Source of the DNA: a virus
IMG/VR virus record: IMGVR_UViG_3300017783_000003
Span: 52,793-116,792 of that record
Length of the DNA stretch: 64,000 nucleotides
Strand: one strand, 5' to 3'
Within the stretch, counting starts at the first letter, position 1. Each line of letters starts with the position of its first letter. The notes under the pieces were generated by a model. That model searched no databases. It had not been told where the DNA came from and was given only the letters and a program-made list of their open reading frames with translations. Both the position numbers and the translations under genes were made by a program. Positions 15,284 through 26,000 of the stretch are shown one piece after another.

Positions 15284-17077
15284 ATGCCATACGCACAAGT
15301 CTCAAATTTAGATTTTGATGATATCAAGGTAGCACTCAAAGATTACTTGAGAGCACAGACTGATTTCACTGATTACGATTTTGAAGGATCTACCTGGAGC
15401 GTCCTGCTGGATGTTCTTGCTTACAATACATATTACACAGCATTTAACACTAACTTAGTTGTTAACGAGTTGTTCTTGGACTCTGCGAGTTTAAGAGACA
15501 ATGTAGTTTCAATCGCTAAACAACTAGGTTACTCACCTAAGTCTGTAAGCGCCCCTATGGCGTCCATAACCTTCGAGGCTACCTTTGCTACCACATCACC
15601 CTCTGTCGCTGTTCTAAGGGCAGGTAGTGCCTTTACAACGGTCTTTGATGGCACATTATATCAGTATACTATTCTAGATGACGTATCAGCACCTGTATCT
15701 AACGGTGTTGCAACTTTCCAGAACGTTCAGATCTATGAAGGGTCTTTGATCAAAAATTCTTACCTTATTAATACAGCACTTAAGTCTACTCGTTACCTAA
15801 TCCAAAATCAGGGTGTAGACACTTCTAAGTTAAGAGTTAAGGTTTTTCCACAACAAGGATCGACTGCGTTTAATTATTTCAAACCAGCAGCAAATATTTT
15901 AGATATTAACTCCCAGAGTGATGCATACTTCATCAATGAGATTGAAGATGAGAATTATGAACTTTTCTTTGGTGACGGTATTCTAGGTAAGAAATTAGAA
16001 AATGGACAGTTTGTTGAGGTTCAATACCTCGTTTCTAATGGAGCAGCAACAAATGGAGCAAAAACTTTCGTATTCAATGGTGTAATTGAAGATAAAAATG
16101 GAAACCCTTTCCAGTTAAGCACTACAATCACCTCAGTGACCCCTGCAACAGGCGGAGAGGCGGTTGAAACCATTGATAAGATCAAGTACAACGCTCCACG
16201 TTTCTACGGCACACAGAACCGTGCGGTGACCGCTCAGGACTATGCCGCTATTGTAAGAAATATTTACCCATCGGTTGCAGACATCATCACATATGGTGGT
16301 GAGATGGAGCAACCTCCAGAATACGGCAAAGTTAAGATTGTCGTTAAACCATCTAATAGTGATTTACTGTCTTCGTTTGTTAAAAACGAAATTAAGACAG
16401 AATTAAAGAAATATATGGTTGGATCTGTCATTGCAGACATTATCGACCCCTCTATTTTATATGTTGAGTTAACTTCCAAAATTTTCTATGATGGACAGAA
16501 GACTACTCTAATTGGTGAGGAGATTGTATCTAAAGTTAGATCTACTATTGAAAATTACATTGAAGTCTCTAATACAGAAAAATTCAATGGCAAATTCAGA
16601 TATAGTAAGTATGTTGGTGTTATTGACGATGCCGACAGAGCAATCAATTCAAATCAGACTTCAGTCATGATGAGAAAGGATTTTTATCCTTTTATCAATT
16701 CTACAACTTATTACGAAGTTTGTTTTCAAAATGCTTTCTATCAAGATTGTGACGAACCTTCCGTTGTATCTACTGGGTTTAGAATCTCCGAATACCCAGA
16801 CTATACCGTATATTTTGAAGATAGGGATGGCAGAATCGTCCTATATAGAATAGATGAATTTAATGGTCTAAAACTAGTATTAAATGATAATGCTGGTTAC
16901 GTGAAGTATGATGAAGGTGAAGTTGTAATAACTGATTTAACTGTTATTAAAGGGTCTTTTGAAGATAATAAAATTTCTATTAGAGTTCGTCCTTTAAGTA
17001 ATGATATCAATGCCTTGAGAGAAGTTTATCTGGACGTTGATATGTCCCAAAGTAAGTTCACTGCATACAAAGAGTAA
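15284..17077 (+). CDS. g6: baseplate wedge subunit gp6
   Basis: LDFDDIK, FTDYDFEGS, LAYNTYY, NELFLDSA, FGDGILGK, QNRAVTAQDY. Confidence 0.95.
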   Translation: MPYAQVSNLDFDDIKVALKDYLRAQTDFTDYDFEGSTWSVLLDVLAYNTYYTAFNTNLVVNELFLDSASLRDNVVSIAKQLGYSPKSVSAPMASITFEATFATTSPSVAVLRAGSAFTTVFDGTLYQYTILDDVSAPVSNGVATFQNVQIYEGSLIKNSYLINTALKSTRYLIQNQGVDTSKLRVKVFPQQGSTAFNYFKPAANILDINSQSDAYFINEIEDENYELFFGDGILGKKLENGQFVEVQYLVSNGAATNGAKTFVFNGVIEDKNGNPFQLSTTITSVTPATGGEAVETIDKIKYNAPRFYGTQNRAVTAQDYAAIVRNIYPSVADIITYGGEMEQPPEYGKVKIVVKPSNSDLLSSFVKNEIKTELKKYMVGSVIADIIDPSILYVELTSKIFYDGQKTTLIGEEIVSKVRSTIENYIEVSNTEKFNGKFRYSKYVGVIDDADRAINSNQTSVMMRKDFYPFINSTTYYEVCFQNAFYQDCDEPSVVSTGFRISEYPDYTVYFEDRDGRIVLYRIDEFNGLKLVLNDNAGYVKYDEGEVVITDLTVIKGSFEDNKISIRVRPLSNDINALREVYLDVDMSQSKFTAYKE

Positions 17078-17082
17078 TCTAA

Positions 17083-20000
17083 ATGGCATCCGTTACGACT
17101 AGGAATATTTCTACTCTTATTGAGAGTCAGTTACCTGCTTTCATTGCAAGTGAGTACGAAAGTTTTTCTAAATTTGTAGAGAAATATTACGAACATTTAG
17201 AAACCAGAGGTGGACCTCTAGACATCATTACGAATGTCACAAAATATCGTGATATTAACTTCTATGAAAAGAATCTCCTAAAGCAAACCACAAAGGTCAC
17301 TCAGTTTGTTCAGGAAGCAGCAACCACTATTACTGTTGAGGATGCATCATCATTTCCAGAAGAGAATGGATATATCAAGATTGGAAACGAAATTTGTTTA
17401 TATAAAAGTAGAACTGATACAGAATTCTTAGAAGTTAGTAGAGGCATCAGTGGAAATACCACTCTTGGTGACTTGTATGGAGAGTCTAACTTTGTTACTA
17501 CCCAGGCAGAACCTCATTATGTAAACAATGAAGTTTACAATATCAGTAATCTGTTCTTGTATGCTCTGGTAAAGAACTTTGAATCTCAGTATCTTGGAGG
17601 ATTCCCAGAAAAGTATCTTAAGGGTGAAGTAGATAAGAGAACCCTGATTAAGAATATCAGTAGTTTCTATAAGTCTAAAGGTACTGATAAGTCTATCAAG
17701 TTTATCTTCAACGCTATTGTAGCGAAAGACGAAGAGGATATCCCCGAGGTATACAATCCTAAGGACTATACTTTAAAAGCATCAACTTCCGACTGGATCA
17801 GTAATTACAGTCTCAAAGTAAAAATTCTGTTCGGAGACTCGCAAAATCTAGTTGGCAGAAAGATTGTTCAGCGTAATCAAGATAATTATGCTTCTGCCGT
17901 AGTAGATGCCGTAAGATATGGTGGTGCTAACGGTGTATTTGAAGTTATTCTATCACCATCTTCTATTAATGGAAATTTTGATATTGCAGCACAAACAACA
18001 CTGAAGACAGACGTTAACGTTGGTGCTGGAGAGGGAGATAGAGTAGATGTTGGTTCTACTACTGGTTGGACAGGAAAGCAAGGAACATTTGTTATTAACA
18101 CAGAGAATTTCACATTCAATGATAAGAATGTAACTCAATTTATTTTATCAGGCAGATCAAATCCAAATACTACTCACATTGCTGGAACTCCTGTTTATAG
18201 TGGCGACAGTATCACCGCAGAAACAGAGAATGGCATTATCAGTCTTCTTGCACTGGGTCTAGTATATAATATCAACCCAAGTTCTCCACAACCATATTCT
18301 ACTAGTGGTGATAAAGTTCAAATCTCTAAACCTGGATTTGAGTCAGTACACCCCGCTATTGATGGTTCGGATTGGTTTGTTAACTATAACTACAGAAAAG
18401 CATTCTCTCCACTAAATTCAGCAATTTCTTCGGTAATTAACAATCTAAATTCTGATGTCTCTGCGATTTATGAAGATGATCAGTATTTTTATATCTGCTC
18501 GACTGGATATCCTCATCATGCTATATTAAAAGAAACTTCTCCTGTCAATCTAGTTGACGGTAAACTATTAAAACTTATTAGAAAATATCCTTCTAATACC
18601 ACAGAAATTTACGAAACCTCTAAAAGAGACGTTGCTATATTCCTTGATGGTTCTACGGCATTTGGATATCGTGATAATGACGAAATTGCTGTTGGAAAAA
18701 TTGTTTCTACTAATTTAGTAAACAAAGGTGTTGGATATCAGTCTGCACCTTTTGTACTGATTAACAACGAACCTTACAAGGCAACTGCTATTGTAGCAGG
18801 TGAAGTTATTCAAAGTATCAGAATTGATGAAGAAGAGGTGTATAATGCCGATCCAGAGATCACTATTACTTCTGGTAGAGGAGCAAAAGTAAAACCAATT
18901 GTAACCTCTGGTGAAATTACAAGCATTATCGTCACGGAACCTGGAGAATATTATTCTTCACCTCCGCAGATTAGAATCTTTGATGCTCTAGGAAAAGGTT
19001 CATTTGCGGAATTTGAAGCAGTATTAACTACAGATGGACGACTTGCCTCATGTAAGAAGATCAATGGCGGACGTTTATACAATAGAAACACCCTAATTGT
19101 TGATATTGTATCTGTTGGTAGTGGTGCTTATGCGGAAGCATCCGTAAAAAGATGGATTAAAGATCGTTACAAATTGCATTTCAGTGAACTTGACGATAAC
19201 AATGGTCTTACTGTTGATGAGTATAGCGGAAGAGGTAAGCAATATGCGGTAATTGCCAACCCAGGAAACTTGAGATATCGTCTTGGAGACAATATTAATA
19301 ATGTATTGTCCGAAAACCCCGCACCACATACACACTCACCAATTATTGGATGGGCATATGATGGCAATCCAATATATGGACCATATGCTTATTCTAATCC
19401 TGGAGACGCTAATTCCACTATTGCTAGAATGAATAGTGGTTATGTACTACAGAATAACAGAGTTAATGGTCCAGACATCAATCAATATGAAGTCGGAACA
19501 TTTATTGATGATTGGAAGTGGACTCCTTCTGTCAATAGCGGCAAGACTGAATTAGATGCTAACAATGGTAGATTTTGTGTTACCCCCGAGTATCCATCTG
19601 GTACATATGCATACTTCATAAGTATTGATGCTAACGGAGATCCAAAGTTCCCATATATCTTGGGTTCTAATTTCTACTCTCTACCTGTTGACTCCAACTA
19701 CAATTCCAAGATGAGTCAGGATGACCTTCCTAAGAATGTGAGAAGACTTAGATCAGATACTCTGGATGTCAATGGTATTGATACTCTTGCTACTATTGCG
19801 GATGTAATTAAGGGCAATATTAATAAAGCATATGCAGATGCTTCCGCAGAAACGTTCTCTATTGGTAGTGAACTGTTTGTAGACAATGATGGTTCTGGTG
19901 GTTCTGGAGCAAAAGCATTAGTTTCTGAGGTAACTGGAGAACCAGTTGTCAATTTAGAGTCGATTGATACTAAAGCAACTATCATCGACACAGTAACTTC

Positions 20001-23000
20001 TGCGTACTTTTTCGCAGGCGATACGGTTTATCAGGGAGAAGGTGTAACTCAGACAGAATTGATTACGGACAACCGAGTTGTTACCGCATTTGAATTCTCA
20101 AGTTCTCCTGATGTAAAAGTTGTTAATGACCTTATTCTCCAACCACCCGATGGAGAATTCCGTGTTATCAAAGAAATTGTTTCAGACATTGTTCAAGGTG
20201 AGGTTATCGGTGACGTTGTAAACAACAACAGAGTGGTGCTTAGGAACGTCCAGGGCACGTTTGATTCCACTATTCCTATCTTTGCTGCCATCAAGGTCGT
20301 AAACCTGCTCCTAGAGACAGATGCAACGTACTCTCAGGGTGCAACCTTATCTTTGATCAATGATGAATCAGGATTAACGTTTGCGACAGGTAAAGTTGTA
20401 GATGGGACATTTAAACAAAATTCAGTTAAGATCAGAATTCAAACTGGCGATTTCTTCAATGATGAAGGGTATACTGTAAAGAGTGATGTCCTAGAAGATA
20501 CTTCAAAATCTATTGTTATCTCCACATCTTCCCTTAGTGAGAATATCCAAGTGGTTTCCACTAATGATAATGTTGCTATGATTCAGACTATCGGGGAGCA
20601 TAATCTGGGTGAAGGTGATAAAGTAAATGTTAATATTTTTCCAGAAGATAACGAAACAACTACAACATATTACGTAAGAAAGAGACTCTACCAAACAGTC
20701 AAAATTGACTCTATATCTATTTCTTCTAACATTAAAGATACTGGTATTGGTAGATTTGATTTGATGAATAGTGGTTCTGGTTATCAAGAAGGTTCGTACA
20801 GTAATGTGGAACTATATTTTCAAGATCAAACCAAAGTCAGAAGAAATATTGGTAGACCTGGAGATCCCAACAATGCTAGAGCAAACATCACTGTTTATAA
20901 TCTAGGTGGTGGATTTGGTCGTGTAAGTTTCATTGAATTAGTAAACAAAGGATCTGATTATAGAAAAGGTGATATTCTTACAGTAGATGACGAAATTTTA
21001 AACAGAAGTCCTGATACCACTTCTTCCCAACGCTTAACGTTATTCGTAGATCACTCTGGTTTTGGCGCAGATGAAACTATTCTGAACGTATCTTCTGCCA
21101 CAGACATCTCTAATGAAGATGTATTGAGAATTGGACGAGAGATTGTTAAAGTAACTGCGGTAAATCGTCAAGATAATCAACTAACTGTTATTAGAGGAGA
21201 AAATAATACTGACGCTATTGATCATTACAACAATCAACCGCTTGAAATTGAAGAGTCTTCTTATAAATTAGATACAAATTATCAACCACTTGGATCTGAT
21301 ATCAACAAACCTTATGTTGTTAATTACGACGAATCTACTCGTACTCTAATTACAGCATTCAACTACACTACAGCATCGCCAATTACGTTCCTACAGAGTA
21401 GCATTTTCTTCGATCAAAATGTTCCTTCAAAGTTTGTTCGCATTAAATCTATAGAGGAGTCACAGTATAAACTAGAGTTTAGTACAGATAATATTAACTT
21501 CACTGTTAATCCACAGATTGAAGTTCAAAAATACTATAATTATGTGTTTGATACTAGTCATCCTTCAATGAACAACACGTTCTTGGATTTTTCTGCTAGT
21601 GTAAACTATAATCTACTAACTTCCGAAAAATCAGTAAGCACAAATCTTCCTGGAACTGCAGGAGCGTTTGTTTCCTTGAAACTAGGTTTTGGTCCTAATA
21701 TCAGTACGAACACTTATGAAAATGAAGTACCTGTCAATTTCAACAATTACTATTACTTTATTAAAGCTTCTGATAATGTAAACACTGATGGTGCTTCTTT
21801 AAAAGTTATTCAAGATCCTCTTGCAGGTGAGCAAAGGGTTGTTTACTCCACCAGTAATAGATTTGTATATGAACTTTCTTCTATTCCTCAATTTGATGGT
21901 ACTGGAAATGTTTCATATACAACAAGTGGTGCATTTGCTATCGGTAATATTTCTAATATTGGTATTATTGACACGGGATCTAATTATACTGAACTACCTA
22001 TTTGTAAAGGTGTACTTCCAACAATAACATATCAAGCAGAAACAGAAACAATTATTGACACATCTAATGGTAGTATTGGTTCTGTACGTGTTATCAATCA
22101 AGGTGTTAACTATTCAAAACCAATTGCTTTAGTAACTAATGGTGATGGCACTGGAGCAAGGTTTGATTGTCTTATTGAAAATGGAAAAATTAAATCTATC
22201 CTCACTCTTAATGGTGGAAGAGATTACACATTTGCTGAAGTAAAAGTATTTGAATCTGATGTAGACATTTTCTTTACTAGTAATAATATTGGTATTCCTA
22301 AAAATGCTAAGATTATTAGATCTGGATACGGTTATACGTCTGACTATACTACACTACCAAAATTTACTTCTACATTAGTATTAGCACTAAAAGATTTTGG
22401 CGATACTGTGTTTTTCAGTGGAGAAGAAATCAAACAGTATGTAGATGGTGTTGTTGTAGCAAAAGGTAGAGTAACTAAGAACGGATGGAGAATTGGAAGT
22501 AACCTTCTCAAATTAGAAAACGTTGTAGGTATTTTTAGAGAGAATTCTCTTATTGAAGGATTTTATTCTGGAAAGAGTGCAACTATTGTAAAACAGATTG
22601 CGACAGATTTTACTTCTGATCTTAGAACATATTCTGATAACCTTGGTAGATATAATTCAGAAAGAGGTCACCTTAGTAAGAATTCACAGAAACTAGCAGA
22701 TTCTTATTTTTATCAGGATTATTCTTATGTAGTTAGATCTAAGTCTTCTATTGATGTTTGGAGAGACTTAATTAAAGAAACTACTCACCCAGCAGGATTT
22801 AAACTGTTTGGTGAGATGATTATTGAATCTGAGGCACAAAGTGCAATGCCTCAAGAATCTAGAGTTATCGAAACTCATTCATTTATTAATTTAGAACCAA
22901 AAAATATCTCTGTTGTAGATACTAAGAAATTTGTTAAGCAAAGTATTATACTTTCTACTGGTCTCAACATCCAACGTGGTATTGGTTCAGTTTCAGTTGA

Positions 23001-26000
23001 TACTTTTGATACTGGAGAGACTGTTGCTAAAGAATTAATTCTTGACAGACCTTTCAATGGTGATTATAATGAGGATAGTGGCGTTCTTTTTGGAGACACT
23101 GTATACACTCTAATTGATCCCAGAGAAGGTACAGCATACACTCCATACAGCGAAAACGGTCTTATTGTAACTATCGATGGTGTACTACAAGAACCTGGAG
23201 TATCTTTCACGATTGATCGTAATAAAATTGTATTCTCAGAACCTCCTCTTGGACTTAGAATTGCAGAGGGTCAGGAAGTTGTAGCACAAAAGTTTTATTG
23301 TTTATCAATTAAATTTAAAGATAATAAACTTAACGATCAATACATTAGAAAAATTGCAAGTATTAGTGACCAGTTTGATGGATCTAAAACTTTATTCAGT
23401 CTATACAATGAAGATGGTACTATTGTTAAAACATTACCTAATGAAAAATTAATTGTTACTCTAAATGGCGTTTTACAAAGAGCACGTAAGGATGAAGAAA
23501 ATCCTTTTGGTAATTCTTATGCAATTATTAGATCTGTAGATCCAAATAGAACCGATCAAATTCAATTCACCGAACCACCTATTAGTCATGGTGAATTGTA
23601 TGAAAGCACTGATGATATCAATATCGCTGAGAAGTGCTTCATTTATAGTGTAGGTTCTTATACACGTCTTGTAATTGATGAGAAAACTATTAAGTATAGA
23701 GGGCAAGGTCCATTCCTTCTTAGAGATGAAGTTACAAATGATGTCGTTAAAGTTGACAGTCCAGAGTATGCTGTCGTCTTTGTAGACGGTGTTCTACAGA
23801 TTCCTGGTAAGTCTTACAATATTGTGGGACCGACCATTACATTTGATGCTCCTTTATCATATTATGAAGAAGAAGATGGAACTTTCTTCCCTCAAAAAGT
23901 TGATATTCTTCTTTTATATGGAAGAGATAAAGAAAAATCTTTAACATTCTTTGATTACGAACCAGACACCTTCCTTGCTGAAGCAACGGTAAAAATTTCT
24001 AATGCATTATCAGATGCTAGTTCTTCTAGCGATTTGGGTAATTTAGAAAATTGGTTTATTAACAGAGTACCTAATGATGTAAAATTAAATCAAAAAAATG
24101 ACACTCTTGGTAAGATCAAGCGTGTAGCATTTGAAGATGAAGTTATTGATGGAACTGCATATAGAACATTATCTCTACTAATTGTTACACCATACTTCTT
24201 TGATCTTAAATATGGATCAGATGATCTAGATTTTTACTTTGACGATCCAAAAACTGGTTCGACAATTATTCTACCAATTGAAAATGGTTTCTTGCCTGGA
24301 CCTGGAAATATTCCTACGCAAGTTAGATCAGTCAGTTTTCAAACCGATTCTGATGGCAATCCTGAACTAGGTTTAGATCTCCCATCATGGTTGAAAGGAA
24401 CTGAATTAGGTTATCAAGCATATCTCAATAAGTCTTCACTATATGCCAATCTTAGTATTGGTGACCTAATCCGCATTGATGGTGAAAAAACTTATAGAGA
24501 AGTTTTAGATCTTCCTGATAAAGTTAAATCTAAACAGTTTAACAAAAATGAATACTTATCTTCGGACATTTATGCAAATATTAAGACTACCAATTATAAT
24601 GATATTGTAAGAGGTGCAGGTCTTGCTATCACTGCAGAGATTGATGCCAATGGTTCTGTTACTAAGTTAAATTGGAATCGTAGGGATCTTAACTTATATT
24701 TTGAGAATGATATTCTCATTCAATCTTCGGCATATCAGTATTTCACTCCACCTATTGTTGAATTCATCCCAACAACCAATGCTGGTGGTGGTGCTAAAGC
24801 ACAGGTTATTGCTACTGGCGGTAACATAATTGATCTCGTCTTACTTGAAGGTGGTTATGGGTATGAAGAAGTACCTAGAGTTCGTGTTGCAAGAGGATTC
24901 GATAGAATCAAAGGTAATACCAGAACTATTAAGAGTACATCTATTCTTGATATCTCTCCACCAATTTCATTCCCTGCAGATCCAGGTGCTCGCAACTCGT
25001 CTAGTGGTGGTGGCGGAGAAAGTGGTAGAGGAACTGGTACATATCTTGCTACTTACACCGAAGTTGTAATCAGTCAGACAGGTGAAGCGGGTGAGTCTTT
25101 ATTCATCTATGTTGACCTTAGTTCAGTAGTTGGCAACTTAGATACAACCAAACAGATTACTATTATACCAGCAGCAGGAGCAACTACTGTTTCTATGCCA
25201 TCTGCCAGCATCAATGAAAGTGAAGTTGCATTTACTGGCATTGAGAAATCTGTCAGTAGCAGTGTTCGGGTCTTCCAACCTGCAGAAATTAACATCTTCA
25301 CTGATCCAGTTCCATTCTCTGGTGTTCAGCAGGTTGAAAGCACGGCAACTGTAAGTGATGTTTCAACACAAATCACCACTACTTTACCCGCTACAGTTAT
25401 TACTGAAGCAGTTTATCAAGTAGACACAGCATCTATTAATGATGTTGGAGCATTCTTGGATGCACCCGTCGAGATCGATGATACAATCATCTTTGTACCA
25501 AATACTAGAAGGTTCCCTCAAGCAAGTAGACTTCTTATTGGTAAAGAGATTGTTACTTACACAAAGACTAAGCAAGACAGATTCATGTATGTCGAAAGAG
25601 GAACTTTCGGCACTACAGCAGAATTCCATAATGCAGGTGATTATCTCAGACATCTACCAGAACTCATCAGTGTTATTCCTATTGGTAATATTGAAGTCTT
25701 TACTATCGAGACTTCTGTTCGTGTCCAGGAAAGTCATACTCAAGCAACAACAGTTACCGCTACAAGTTTTTCGGATGTTAAGTCTGTAAGCGAACTTGAG
25801 TTTACAACTCAGATTGAGCGTGAAACTCAAATTGAAGAGAAATATGAAGGATTCTTCGTATCAGAAGAAGTTATTGTTATTCCTCCTGAATTTATTACTC
25901 CTACTATTACTACTATTCATAATAGTAAGAGTGAAGTTAAGTCGGTTATTCCTCCTGCTGGCATTGAAGGTGCGGTATCTTCTGGTGTAGTCACCTTAGA

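Noticed and set aside
19320-19680. YHYH-like domain in gp7 as a novel enzyme
   Set aside because: It appears to be a common component of cyanophage gp7, and the motif is degenerate here (YAYF)
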